Of a stretch of DNA of 64,000 nucleotides, positions 20,412 to 30,891 are shown in pieces. Under the pieces are notes generated by a model. The model saw only the letters and a program-made list of their open reading frames with translations, made no database searches and was not told the origin of the DNA. The stretch's first letter is position 1, and every line of letters starts with the position of its first letter. The position numbers and the translations under genes were made by a program. The DNA comes from an uncultured cyanobacterium (GTDB lineage: Bacteria; Cyanobacteriota; Cyanobacteriia; CAKZMO01), in NCBI GenBank assembly GCA_963719515.1, contig CAVRCJ010000001.1, positions 96,001 to 160,000 of the forward strand, in the 5' to 3' direction.

Positions 20412-20588
20412 ATGACTACTCTCACTTATCGCGGCGTCCAGTTCGAGAACGATACGACTTCCGTTGAGACTGCTGACCTCGGTATCTCTGGGATCTATCG
20501 CGGCAGCAAGACATCCTTTACCCGTTCCACGGCCAAGCCCTCAACCGGCAAACCTATGCAGTTTCTGGGTAAGAAATACGCAGCTTAA
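20412..20588 (+). CDS. DUF4278-family small protein
   Basis: MTTLTYRGVQFE...GIYRG...MQFLGKKY repeated YRG pattern. Confidence 0.75.
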   Translation: MTTLTYRGVQFENDTTSVETADLGISGIYRGSKTSFTRSTAKPSTGKPMQFLGKKYAA

Positions 20589-20619
20589 CTCTATGGTTTG
20601 AGCATCTACGGAGTCCCCT

Positions 20620-20892
20620 ATGCAATCGCCATCCTTCCGTTCTCGCGGTCCGCTCCCCTCTTCCACAAATCTGGCTCGCCCTGCCCACTTAGAGCCGCAG
20701 CGCTGGCTGCATCAGCTAACGAGCAGCCTACACCGGCTGCTCACGGCAGACGATTCTATGCGCGTCACGCGTCAAATCTGGGGAGGGCGAACCTACTGGG
20801 TCGCTTACGACCCGACTACCTCGAAGCAGTATCTATTTGAATCTGAGGATGAGGGCTACGCTTGGCTAGAAGCCCATACGCCTCAAGGCTAG
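20620..20892 (+). CDS. Small cyanobacterial hypothetical protein
   Basis: WVAYDPTT...FESEDEGYAWLE motif. Confidence 0.6.
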   Translation: MQSPSFRSRGPLPSSTNLARPAHLEPQRWLHQLTSSLHRLLTADDSMRVTRQIWGGRTYWVAYDPTTSKQYLFESEDEGYAWLEAHTPQG

Positions 20893-21480
20893 AGGTGAGG
20901 TGTATGGTCAGAGCTATCGAACCTGTCGCTCTGCCATTAGTCTGCACTTCTTTGCTATAGCAAATGGTTCTGCGGTCATATCCAACAACATTGATGCCTT
21001 GGCCTTCAGTGGTCAGGGCGCTTTTCTATATGCGATCGCTCAAGCAGGGCGCTTGAGTTTGAGCCCTGCTTGACGAGAAGGCCTCTATTTACCGGCTAAT
21101 TGCTCCGCGCCGCTTTTGTGTATGGCTTCGCCGACGATTTCGCTGACTGACTTAGACTGCTTCTCCGCTAAATCCTTAGCAATTTTGACAGTGGACCGCG
21201 AAATTCTTAACGTGACAACAACCCAATCTTTTTTATCACTTTTCATTTTGCGTGCCAGGAATTGTTTTGGATGGTCATTGAACCCTGATTTTTACCCTGC
21301 TAAATAGCAGTTTGTAACCTGCCAAGGCTTGAGAAGAATCCTTTCTTTTATCGCAAAATACTAAGTTAAGGAATTCCGTTCCTAAACATAATTATAATCG
21401 AATCCTACAGCAAAGTCAGGGCTAAATGCACTGCTTGCATTATGTCTATACCGTAATTACATAATTAAAACATTACCGCT

Positions 21481-22395
21481 TCAGGCTGCCTCAGAAGCCT
21501 CAGACTGCGGCAGCGACAGCACCAGCACCCCAGCAAGAATCAACGCCGCCCCCTGCAGGCTCAAAACCGGAATTTGCTCACCGAGCAGGACAACAGCCAC
21601 GATCGCCGCAAAGATTGGGGTGAGTAAGTTTAGCGTCGTCGTCAAAATGGGAGAAAGGTGCTTTGCCGCAAAGCTGTAGCAAAGCGTTGGCACAACCGTT
21701 GACACTGTCCCCAAACCTAACGCAATCCACCAGACGTCAGGCTGTGCCAGCTTCTCGATCCAAACTGGCGACGGTAGCGAAGCCATTGGCACAATGACAA
21801 TTGACCCCAAAGCGAACGTCATAAACGCGATCGCAATCGGATTGAGGGCGCGTCTTTTTCCGGCGTAGTGCTTAAACAGCGAGGCGTAGCCAAGGGTGAC
21901 GCAGGCGGAAAGTAGCGCAAAAAATAGCCCCGTTAAATAAGTCGAGCGTCCAAATTCGACCTGAAGTTTGGGCAAGACAAACAGCACTAACCCTACAAAC
22001 GCGGTGATGGCCCCAATCCCCTCGCTTCGCCTTAGCGGCGCTCGCAAAACCAACTTGAGGCCCAATCCCATCAGCGGTGAGAGGCCGACAATCAGGACGA
22101 CGTCGCTGACCGGAGCCAGCTGAAAGGCCCGCACCGCGAACAGATAGTAGAGCACCATCAGGCTAGACAAGCTGAGTCCCGGCGGCGATCGCATCAGAGA
22201 GAGAAACTCTGCTCTCAGCGAGTCATTGGCCAAAAAAACTGGCCCCGTCACCCCGCAGGCAATGGCAAGCCGAAGCGCCAGCACCTCCAGCGTCGTAAAG
22301 TCTGGCAGCAGCTTTACAAAGGAGCCTGTAATCCCCCATCCCAGGGCGGATAGGCAACCCGAAGCAATAGCGTAGGCGCGGAGGGACTGGGTCAT
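21481..22395 (-). CDS. DMT/EamA-family transporter
   Basis: About 10 TM segments in two EamA-like halves. Confidence 0.85.
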   Translation of the reverse strand: MTQSLRAYAIASGCLSALGWGITGSFVKLLPDFTTLEVLALRLAIACGVTGPVFLANDSLRAEFLSLMRSPPGLSLSSLMVLYYLFAVRAFQLAPVSDVVLIVGLSPLMGLGLKLVLRAPLRRSEGIGAITAFVGLVLFVLPKLQVEFGRSTYLTGLFFALLSACVTLGYASLFKHYAGKRRALNPIAIAFMTFALGSIVIVPMASLPSPVWIEKLAQPDVWWIALGLGTVSTVVPTLCYSFAAKHLSPILTTTLNLLTPIFAAIVAVVLLGEQIPVLSLQGAALILAGVLVLSLPQSEASEAA

Positions 22396-22431
22396 AGCTT
22401 ACACTTTGGTCGTTTATCCTAGCGGCGATCG

Positions 22432-23208
22432 CTACAAGAAGAGCAGCAAAACCGTGTAAGCAAAAGCGCCCAAAGCAAACGCCGAAAACTTACTCTGCCG
22501 CTCCTCTGGAAGCTCCTCCTTAAGCACATTGAGAATAATGCTGCCCGCTAAGAACGAGAACAGCAGGGATATCCCGATCTCCGATATCTCACTGCCCCAG
22601 CCCACCACAGATCCCGCAATAATTGCCGCTGCCACAATCCACCGCCCGCTGTGGCGGTAGGCGCTGGGATAATCCTGACTTAGACCAAAATCATTCACAA
22701 CAAAGTGTAGGGCCATCACCAGCGTGTAGACCAGCAGGTCACCTAGCCCCGGTTCTTCTCGGTGAAAGAGCGAATAGCCAATCAAAGCGTTGTAAAGTGC
22801 AAAAGAGCCAATGTGCAGCCAATAAATTCCTGGGTTAACGTCTTCTGACCCTTCATCCTGCTGTGCCTGAAAGTCTATGACGACCCGCTCCAAACCGTAA
22901 AAGGTCGTCATGCCAACCAAGGCCATAATGTACAGATGCTTTTCGATCCAGCCTAGCCCAGTCCCTACAAACGACGCCTGCATCTCACTCAGCTCTGGTA
23001 AGAGATGAACAAATACGTAGGCCACAGAAACGCCGCTCGCTCCCGACAGACACCGGCTTCTGGGACGGGTGCCAATAAACTTCAGCTTATTGACGAATAA
23101 GTGAGTGAGGGCCAGGGCGATCGCGCAAAGCCCCGATTGAACGATGTAGTTTGCGCTTGTCTCGGCAGCGCCGGATACGGCAATCAGCATGACTTCCTTT
23201 ATTCCCAA
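22432..23208 (-). CDS. Membrane protein, ZIP-like
   Basis: GVSVAYVFVHLLPEL, ALHFVVND, NVLKEELPE motifs. Confidence 0.65.
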   Translation of the reverse strand: MGIKEVMLIAVSGAAETSANYIVQSGLCAIALALTHLFVNKLKFIGTRPRSRCLSGASGVSVAYVFVHLLPELSEMQASFVGTGLGWIEKHLYIMALVGMTTFYGLERVVIDFQAQQDEGSEDVNPGIYWLHIGSFALYNALIGYSLFHREEPGLGDLLVYTLVMALHFVVNDFGLSQDYPSAYRHSGRWIVAAAIIAGSVVGWGSEISEIGISLLFSFLAGSIILNVLKEELPEERQSKFSAFALGAFAYTVLLLFL

Positions 23209-23269
23209 GCGCGTTGGTTTATCATTTTAGCTGGAGGTGAGGAAAGTATTAAGGGCGATCGCCTTCAAG

Positions 23270-24010
23270 CTAACGCTCCAGTTCCAGCAAAGCCCGCTTG
23301 CGCTCTAATCCCCACCGATAGCCCCCCAAACCGCCATCCTCTCGCACAATGCGGTGACAGGGCACTAGCACAGCAACCGTGTTGGCACCACAGGCCGAGG
23401 CTACCGCACGCGTCGCTTTGGGCTTACCCACCGCCTCAGCCAGCTTCCCGTAGCTCAGAGTCTCCCCCCCCTCCATGCTGAGCAGAAACCGCCACACCAG
23501 CATCTGAAACGCCGTCCCCCGCAGGTCTAGCGGCAGATCTGGGCGCGGTGTCCGCTGGGTCAGATGGGCGTCGAGCGCTGCTATCCACTCATTCAGTGGC
23601 CCGCTCTCACTGGCCTCTGAGACGCTGATGTCTGCCTTCGGAAACTCGGTCTTAAGCTGCTCCAGCAGCATTTCCCCATCTTCGTTAAAAGCGACAAAAC
23701 ATACGCCCCGCTCCGTCGCCGCCATCATCATCAAGCCCAGCGCCGTCTGCCGCAGCGCGTAGTAAATCACCTCGCCCTCCCGCGACGCTTCGGTAGGGCG
23801 ACAGCGCTTGCAGGGCCGAAACCCAGCGGCGATCGCCGTCTCGCAGGTGGAATAAAACCGCACGTTCTGCCGCAGTGGCGTCCGCGCCGAGCAGGAGGGC
23901 CGGCAAAAGATTCCGGTGGTCACCACGGCGCAGACAAACTGACCGTCGAAAGCGGCGTCTCTGCTGGCGATCGCCGCCCACATGGCGTCATCGGTTGCTC
24001 GCTGCCCCAT
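23270..24010 (-). CDS. Ada Zn-binding domain fused to O6-methylguanine-DNA methyltransferase
   Basis: CRPSC...PCKRC and VPCHR motifs. Confidence 0.88.
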   Translation of the reverse strand: MGQRATDDAMWAAIASRDAAFDGQFVCAVVTTGIFCRPSCSARTPLRQNVRFYSTCETAIAAGFRPCKRCRPTEASREGEVIYYALRQTALGLMMMAATERGVCFVAFNEDGEMLLEQLKTEFPKADISVSEASESGPLNEWIAALDAHLTQRTPRPDLPLDLRGTAFQMLVWRFLLSMEGGETLSYGKLAEAVGKPKATRAVASACGANTVAVLVPCHRIVREDGGLGGYRWGLERKRALLELER

Positions 24011-24292
24011 CGCTCACCGTCTCCTTGCCCTTACACAAAGTCTCTCATTAGACTACAGCCTTGCCCTCATCCTCGCACTCCGCTTCTTGTCGCGTAATTT
24101 GTGGGGGTGGGTTTGGGCAGCACCCAGCTCAGATTAGGAGGTACTTTTCTCATGAAGAAGATCAATGCCGATGCGATAACAGCTGTTTTCGGATTTACAC
24201 ACTCTTAATTAATATTACTGAGATTGTTTTGCTGTCTTTGTATAATATGTGAAAAAATAAAAGTGGACTACTGAAGTGAACAGAAAAAACTA

Positions 24293-24835
24293 ATGAAAAA
24301 GTACATCAAAACGCTTGCGGTCACTGCTGCTGTTGTCGCGACGGCTGCGATCGCGGCTCCTGCTGCTTTTGCTTTCGACTTCCGTGGAAGCGTATCGGGT
24401 ACCTCAGGAGAGTCGTTCTCGTTCGACTTTGATGCAGACGTGGCGGGCGACGGAGATAGCTTGACCAATCTGACAAATTTTGGAAATTTGTCATTTGAAT
24501 GGATTCGGCTTTAGTTAAATCCGGACTCTCTGAGCAGACGGCTCGTCTCCCTGAGATATTTGGCTCAAACGATGTTTTAGACGTTTCTTTATCTGGGGGA
24601 ATTGGGAATCTCTTTGCATTCAATGATGCCGCTTCCGACGGATTTTACGTAGCAGAAAGGATCTTTTCGGGATCATTCCAGAAGGATTTTTATCGCTTCG
24701 TCAACCTCTGTCGTCGCCCTTGACACTTCCACCCCCACAGATAAGATCCCGACTCCCGCGCTCCTCCCTGGCCTCATCGGCATGGGCATTGCCGCCATCC
24801 GCAAGCGTGGCCAGCCGAAAGCCGAAGAAGCATAG
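24293..24835 (+). pseudogene. PTPA-CTERM (PEP-CTERM-like) surface protein, frameshifted
   Basis: Signal peptide MKKYIKTLAV...AFA; C-terminus IPTPALLPGLIGMGIAAIRKR in a different frame. Confidence 0.75.
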
Positions 24836-24957
24836 ATCGACCTACTGCTTCGGCCCAGTTGCTTAGAACAATGCAGACGGCAAGCCTCAGTGTTTCATAG
24901 GTTACTGGGCAGCAGGTCCCGGCGTCCCCACGGTCGTCGGGACTGCTTCGATTAGAC

Positions 24958-24986
24958 TTGCCCTCTGACCGCGAATAGTGTAAATT
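24958..24986 (+). promoter_or_regulatory. Sigma70-type promoter for leader B (TTGCCC-17bp-TAAATT)
   Basis: Same -35 and spacing as copy A. Confidence 0.55.
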
Positions 24987-24994
24987 TTACGCTT

Positions 24995-25207
24995 GAGAGC
25001 TGCAACCCGCAGCTTAGCTCCCAAGACTTTGGTCATAAACGGCGACGACCGTTGCTGGAGACAGCGATCGCCGCCTGACCCCCAAGACAGGACAGAGCTG
25101 TCCGGGCGCTATGGGCATTGTCCCATGGCCATCCCGAACACCCAACGTCGCAGGGATGGCCAAGGCTTGGGTTTCCTACCCATCAACGCAAAACAGGAAC
25201 CCAAACC
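24995..25207 (+). ncRNA. Candidate structured RNA leader, copy B
   Basis: Hairpins 24998-25014, 25031-25080, 25086-25102, 25111-25126, 25127-25161, 25168-25182, colinear with copy A. Confidence 0.65.
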
Positions 25208-25486
25208 GTGACATTTTTATACCCCGAACAGCCCCTCGACCGCGAGGCGGCACTGATTCGCCTAGACCAAATTCCGCCCCAGCCCGACGGCGAGGTGGTG
25301 CGTCACCTGCTCATCGGCTCCCCCGAGGGCATCCGCGAAACCATCCACCTCATGCACATCAACCGCTACTACGTCGAGCAGGGCCTGTGGACCGGACCGG
25401 TGGACATTGGCCCCGACGGCGTGAGGCTGAGCCGCCGGGAAGGGCAGGTGTTGGCCTACCTAATGCGCCAGCGCGGGCTGCAGTAG
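25208..25486 (+). CDS. Small uncharacterised protein (92 aa, MTFLYPEQP...RHLLIGSPEGIRETIHLMH...)
   Basis: GTG start preceded by AGGA; N-terminus shared with the ORF at 64..1. Confidence 0.75.
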   Translation: MTFLYPEQPLDREAALIRLDQIPPQPDGEVVRHLLIGSPEGIRETIHLMHINRYYVEQGLWTGPVDIGPDGVRLSRREGQVLAYLMRQRGLQ

Positions 25487-25514
25487 CCTAAACGCCGGCC
25501 AGGGCGGTGCTGGC

Positions 25515-26604
25515 TTACCACAGGTGGCACTGCCCGTGGTCGCGCAGCAGATGGTCACAAAGCACCAGGGCCATCATCGCCTCCACCATGGGCACCGCCC
25601 GAGGCAGCACGCAGGGGTCATGTCGCCCCCGCGCCGCCAGCACCGTATCTTCCCCCTCGCGGGTCACCGTGTTCTGCTGCTTGCGAATCGTGGCCGTCGG
25701 CTTAAAAGCGACGCGAATCACCACCGGCTCCCCGTTGCTGATGCCCCCCTGCACCCCCCCCGAGCGGTTGGTGCGGGTGCGGGTGTTCCCCGCCTCGTCG
25801 ATATAAAATTCGTCGTTGTGCTCGCTGCCGGTCATCGTCGTCCCGGCAAACCCCGAGCCAATCTCGAAGCCCTTACTGGCGGGCAGCGACATCACACCCT
25901 TGGCTAGGTCAGCCTCCAGCTTATCGAACACCGGAGCCCCCAAACCACGCGGCACCGAGCGGGCCACACATTCCACCACGCCACCGATGGAGTCTCCCGG
26001 CGCGCCCCGTTTGCTCAATCAGATCGATCATCCGCTCGGCGCAGTCGGCGTCAGGGCAGCGGACGATGTTGCTCTCCACCTGCTCTAGAGTGACGGTGGC
26101 GGGGTCTACGACCCCTTCTAGGGTCTGAATGCGCTTCACGTAGCCCACGATTTCCACGCCCGCCGCCTGACGAAGAATTTTTTTGGCGATCGCCCCTGCT
26201 GCCACCCGGCCAATGGTCTCCCGCGCCGAGGAGCGTCCCCCGCCCTGCCAGTTGCGAATGCCGTACTTAGCGTCGTAGGTGGCGTCCGCGTGGGAGGGGC
26301 GGTAGGCCGTCTGCATCTCGGTGTAGTCCTGAGAGCGGGTGTCTTTGTTGCGCACCAGGATAGAAATAGGCGTCCCTGTGGTTTGGCCCTGAAACACCCC
26401 CGACAAAATCTCGCAGGTATCTGACTCTTTGCGCGGCGTGGTGATTTTACTTTGGCCCGGACGGCGGCGGTCTAGGTCAAACTGGATTTCTTCCGCCGAA
26501 AGCTCTAAGCGAGGCGGACAGCCATCTACCGTGACGCCGACTCCGCCCCCGTGGGACTCTCCAAAAGTGGTGATCCGAAACAGCTGTCCAAAAGTGTTGC
26601 CCAT
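25515..26604 (-). CDS. aroC: Chorismate synthase; +1 frameshift near 25997 (probably a sequence error)
   Basis: [19 protein letters not shown] motifs in two overlapping ORFs. Confidence 0.93.
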
Positions 26605-26708
26605 GCATCAGTACCCAACGGCGCTCTCGATCTTACCGCAGCTTCTGATCGTTTGAGCGCGATCGCAGCGGGGCCAACCGCCAAAAACAGGCGAGAGCGC
26701 GGGTGAAT

Positions 26709-27134
26709 TCAGTACTTATCCGGGAGCGCTTCTTGGTAAGTGGTTTCTTTTCCCAATAGCTCAGGGTAGGGCTCAGTCGCCGGCAGGTTTTTCTGGTCAG
26801 CAGTGGAAATATGTCCGGTATAAAAGGCCCCCGGTTCAATGTCCAAAGAGCTCGCGGTTACATCTCCCTCCAAGCGAGCCGTTCGGCTCAAGCTCAGGCG
26901 GCCCTGAACGAACACGCTGGACTTGATGACGCCATGCACCACCAAATTGTTGACCCGTAGCTCCGGCCCTTCCACCAAACCGCTTTGAGAAACCTCCATA
27001 TCGCCAATCACCTCAACAGTACCGTGAATGATACCGTCAACCCGCAGATTACCATCGACGTGAAGATCCCCTTGAAACTCGCTCTTCGCGCCTAGATACG
27101 TAATCGAGGACGCCTGCTGCTTACGCCAAATCAT
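26709..27134 (-). CDS. Bactofilin (polymer-forming cytoskeletal protein)
   Basis: Beta-helix repeats LRVDG...LEGDV...GA.Y.G. Confidence 0.88.
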   Translation of the reverse strand: MIWRKQQASSITYLGAKSEFQGDLHVDGNLRVDGIIHGTVEVIGDMEVSQSGLVEGPELRVNNLVVHGVIKSSVFVQGRLSLSRTARLEGDVTASSLDIEPGAFYTGHISTADQKNLPATEPYPELLGKETTYQEALPDKY

Positions 27135-27238
27135 TCACTTACCTCGCGCTTCAAATTTGGTTGATGTCCGCTCTGCCGCCAAGCGTATCAAACCGTCCCC
27201 CTAAATATAGCCCGCTTCCCCTGATAGAGCGCCATGAG

Positions 27239-28096
27239 CTAGGGATTGTAGTTCAATAAATCTTGAGGGTCGACGGCTTTTTCGTTGTAGTACACGGTGT
27301 AGTGGAGATGCGGCCCGGTCGAGCGCCCTGTGCTGCCGATACGACCCACTATATCCTCGCGCTCCACGGCATCTCCCGCCGCCACCGTCATTTGCGATAG
27401 GTGGGCATAAAGCGTCTTATAGCCGTAGCCGTGGTCAATAACGACGTGACGTCCGTAGCCTCGGCTAGAGATGGCCTTCTCCACCGTTCCTGCCCCCGTC
27501 GAATGGACCGGCGTGCCGGTAGGGCCAGGGAAGTCAATCCCGTTGTGCAGCTCATACCCCCGGCCAAAGGGATTAGCGCGAACGCCAAACTTTGAAGAAA
27601 TGCGGCTGCCTTTAACCGGTCGTCCTGTGGGGAGGGCCGCTGCCTGCGCTTCCTCTTCCTCTAAGGTGTCGGTCAGCGCTGGCTTGACCTGGCGGTGTAG
27701 CCTGAGGGAGACCGAGGGAAGCTGATGCTCTGCAGCTGCCAAAACTTCCTCCGGCGTCAGCTCATTGGGAATTCCCCCGCGCGATCGCTGAGTACCCCGA
27801 TCCTCATCGTCTTCAGAAAGTCCGGCCCGCTCTTCTAGACGGTCAATCTCTGCATCGATCTGATTGAGCGCCTTGGCAACGTCGCTGGCGGTCTCGCTGA
27901 GATCGCTGTTTCGCTGAGTCAGCGCCTGGTTCTCCTGGTGGAGCTGGTAGATTCTACCGAATAGTAGCCCTAGGGGCGTGAGGGTCAATGCAGCAAGCAG
28001 GAGCATTAGCGGCAGAGGTTTAACCGACAGCACCAGCGGATGCTGCCCGGTCTGGGTCACCAAAACGGTGCAGTTTTTGGGGGTAGAACGGCGCAT
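27239..28096 (-). CDS. M23-family peptidase
   Basis: HNGIDF, YAHL, STGPHLHY; TM segment plus coiled coil. Confidence 0.9.
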   Translation of the reverse strand: MRRSTPKNCTVLVTQTGQHPLVLSVKPLPLMLLLAALTLTPLGLLFGRIYQLHQENQALTQRNSDLSETASDVAKALNQIDAEIDRLEERAGLSEDDEDRGTQRSRGGIPNELTPEEVLAAAEHQLPSVSLRLHRQVKPALTDTLEEEEAQAAALPTGRPVKGSRISSKFGVRANPFGRGYELHNGIDFPGPTGTPVHSTGAGTVEKAISSRGYGRHVVIDHGYGYKTLYAHLSQMTVAAGDAVEREDIVGRIGSTGRSTGPHLHYTVYYNEKAVDPQDLLNYNP

Positions 28097-28321
28097 TTAC
28101 TTGGGACAAGGTAAGCCAATAGGTCAGCTTCGAAAAGCTTCGGGGATCATATCAAATTTTGGGTTCACTATTGCATTGGTTTAGCTGCTTAGGACACCAG
28201 AATCGGCTGAAAGCCTGACGTTATGTAGGCAACCGAACGCGCAAATGTCCCAATACATCAGGGCATTTGCTATAAGCTCTAAATGCTGCAGGGCTATTTT
28301 AGACTCGCTCTCACAACAGCA

Positions 28322-28363
28322 CAGAAGCGCCCCCTCCAAAAGAGATTGGAGGGGGCGCTTCTG
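28322..28363 (-). terminator. psbA terminator hairpin
   Basis: CAGAAGCGCCCCCTCCAA / TTGGAGGGGGCGCTTCTG 18-bp stem. Confidence 0.75.
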
Positions 28364-28411
28364 CTACGTCTGTCTGACCTGCAGCAAGCTCAGACTAACT
28401 GCAATGGGGGG

Positions 28412-29473
28412 TTAGCCTTTAATGGCAGGTGCCTCAGCAGCAGCAAGGTCAAGCGGGAAGTTGTGAGCGTTGCGCTCGTGCATCACTTCCATACCTAGGT
28501 TGGCGCGGTTGATGATGTCCGCCCAGGTGTTGATGACCCGGCCCTGGCTGTCTAGAACAGACTGGTTGAAGTTGAACCCGTTCAGGTTGAACGCCATCGT
28601 GCTGATGCCCAGCGCCGTGAACCAGATGCCTACGACAGGCCATGCGCCCAAGAAGAAGTGCAGTGCCCGTGAGTTGTTGAACGATGCATATTGGAAGATC
28701 AGGCGGCCGAAGTAGCCGTGCGCTGCAACGATGTTGTAGGTCTCTTCTTCTTGCCCGAACTTGTAGCCGTAGTTCTGCGACTCAGACTCAGTCGTCTCTC
28801 GCACCAGTGAAGAGGTCACCAGTGAACCGTGCATCGCGCTGAATAGTGCGCCGCCGAAGACGCCTGCCACTCCCAGCATGTGGAAGGGGTGCATCAGAAT
28901 GTTGTGCTCGGCCTGGAACACGAACATGAAGTTGAACGTGCCCGAGATGCCCAGCGGCATGCCGTCAGAGAATGAACCCTGGCCGATGGGGTAGATGAGG
29001 AAGACTGCCGTTGCTGACGCTAGAGGCGCGCTGTAGGCAACGCAAATCCAAGGGCGCATGCCCAACCGGTAAGACAGCTCCCACTGACGACCCATGTAGG
29101 CAAAAACGCCAATTAGGAAGTGGAATACCACTAGCTGGTAAGGTCCGCCGTTGTACAGCCACTCGTCAAGTGATGCTGCTTCCCAGATGGGGTAGAAGTG
29201 TAGGCCGATGGCGTTGGATGACGGAACAATTGCACCAGAGATGATGTTGTTACCGTACATCAGTGAACCTGCAACAGGCTCGCGGATGCCGTCGATGTCG
29301 ACGGGAGGCGCTGCAACGAATGCAATCAAGAAGCAGATGGTTGCGGTTAGCAAAGTCGGAATCATCAGGACGCCGAACCAACCGACATAGATGCGGTTGT
29401 TGGTGCTGGTGACCCAGTCGCAAAACCGCTCCCATACGTTAGCGCCAGAGCGCTGCTGTAAAGAAGTAGTCAT
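28412..29473 (-). CDS. psbA: Photosystem II D1 protein
   Basis: Canonical D1 sequence, Q130, ends HNFPLDLA plus 9 aa. Confidence 0.99.
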   Translation of the reverse strand: MTTSLQQRSGANVWERFCDWVTSTNNRIYVGWFGVLMIPTLLTATICFLIAFVAAPPVDIDGIREPVAGSLMYGNNIISGAIVPSSNAIGLHFYPIWEAASLDEWLYNGGPYQLVVFHFLIGVFAYMGRQWELSYRLGMRPWICVAYSAPLASATAVFLIYPIGQGSFSDGMPLGISGTFNFMFVFQAEHNILMHPFHMLGVAGVFGGALFSAMHGSLVTSSLVRETTESESQNYGYKFGQEEETYNIVAAHGYFGRLIFQYASFNNSRALHFFLGAWPVVGIWFTALGISTMAFNLNGFNFNQSVLDSQGRVINTWADIINRANLGMEVMHERNAHNFPLDLAAAEAPAIKG

Positions 29474-29627
29474 GATTAAGTAATCCAGGTATGTTGCTAT
29501 TTACAAAGATGTATAGTCGAACCCAATTCCGAGATATTTGGAACTGGGCTGCTCACCGATTATTTTATTAAGACTTAAAAGGTTTTTTGACGATCGCTCT
29601 TACAAACTTCACCTTTTTTCAAAAAAG

Positions 29628-30764
29628 TTAGTTAACTTGCGTAAAGAGCTGACTGATAGTTTGGGCGGCGGCGGCCTGAAGTGCCTGGTAGGTATAGACC
29701 TTCTCTCGGATGTGCTGGCATTGCTCCTCGTAGCGATCGCCGATCCAGCTCACCAGCGCCAGCAGAGATGCTATGCACTGCTCCGTTGGGGCCAGCGTAT
29801 CGGTGCGCATCGTGAACAGCTCTAGGTCCATGCTGGCCATGTGGTCATAGCATTTGGGCGCATAGCTCAACAGAATGGCGGGCACCCCGCAGGCATGGGC
29901 GGCGACCGCAGCGTGGAGGCGTTGTCCGATCAGAAGGTCGCAGCTTTTCAGATAGGCCAGGGTGTCTGGGATGTCGCTGGCGAGGCGGCAGGGAAAGGGC
30001 CGCTCAAAGACCTGCAGCAGCGCCTCAGCGATCTGCTCAGCGATCGCCTGGTCGGTGTCGTTGAGGGCCAGAAACTCCACCCACCAGCCCTGTCGATGGA
30101 GGGCGAAGCAAAGGCTTTGAACGGTCTGATTGATTGTCTCTTGGTCGCCCCACTGGATGCCGTGACTACCCACGTTGATGGTGACTCTGCGGGTGCGCCG
30201 ATAGGTCGCTCGTGGCGTATCAATAGAGAGCGCCGGGTCGCCGATCACCAGAGGCTCTAGGCCAAACGACTGCAGAGCCTTGGCCGAGTTCGGTCCGCGC
30301 ACCCCTAAATAGGTGACGGCCTTGAGCGCTACGGCCCAGTCCGCCATCAGCTGAACGGGGTCAACCTCAGGGTGGTGCCGCTGCCAAAACTCCGGGTCGC
30401 AGACGCCAGTACCAAATACGGCGCAGGCGTAGTCAGACATTGCCTGCTGCAGCCGCGACAAAAAAGCTTCGCGGTTGATTAGCGTGCCGCCGCCCAAGAT
30501 AATGCCGTCGTATAGCGCAGGCTTAAAGACGCGGCGATAGACCTTGAGTCGCTTAGGGAGATTGTATTTGGGGTCCCGGTGGGCGGGCTGCACCGCTCCG
30601 TCGTAGGCGAGCAGCTGCTGTCCCGCAAACAGACGGGCGATCGCCGCAAACAGCAGCTCGTCGCCGAAGTTGCCGTACCCGAGGTAGCCAATATATCCCA
30701 GAGTAGGCTGGGGCCAAAAGTAGTCCCGGCGGTGGCGGAATCTGTTATAGCGCGGGGTTGTCAT
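29628..30764 (-). CDS. Polysaccharide pyruvyl transferase family protein
   Basis: GYGNFGDE, GGGTL, GVRG, RLHA motifs. Confidence 0.85.
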   Translation of the reverse strand: MTTPRYNRFRHRRDYFWPQPTLGYIGYLGYGNFGDELLFAAIARLFAGQQLLAYDGAVQPAHRDPKYNLPKRLKVYRRVFKPALYDGIILGGGTLINREAFLSRLQQAMSDYACAVFGTGVCDPEFWQRHHPEVDPVQLMADWAVALKAVTYLGVRGPNSAKALQSFGLEPLVIGDPALSIDTPRATYRRTRRVTINVGSHGIQWGDQETINQTVQSLCFALHRQGWWVEFLALNDTDQAIAEQIAEALLQVFERPFPCRLASDIPDTLAYLKSCDLLIGQRLHAAVAAHACGVPAILLSYAPKCYDHMASMDLELFTMRTDTLAPTEQCIASLLALVSWIGDRYEEQCQHIREKVYTYQALQAAAAQTISQLFTQVN

Positions 30765-30891
30765 GGCGCTTTAAAAGAGAGATACGATGAACATAAATAG
30801 AGCTATAGGACGCTAAAGGACCAGGGAAAACCGCGATACAAAGAGAACCGCGATACAAAAAGGCTGCGATGCAGACGGGACCGGAACGCCG

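Noticed and set aside
24039..24054. Possible sixth three-box site (AGTCTCTCATTAGACT)
   Set aside because: Only one box matches; there are no partners at 20/32-bp spacing, and it may just be the ada -10 region.
25118..25207. Longer N-terminus for the small ORF (TTG at 25118)
   Set aside because: Lies within the conserved hairpins; the paralog starts at the MTFLYP position.
26709..28096. M23 peptidase-bactofilin pair as a novel system
   Set aside because: Known conserved cell-shape gene arrangement.
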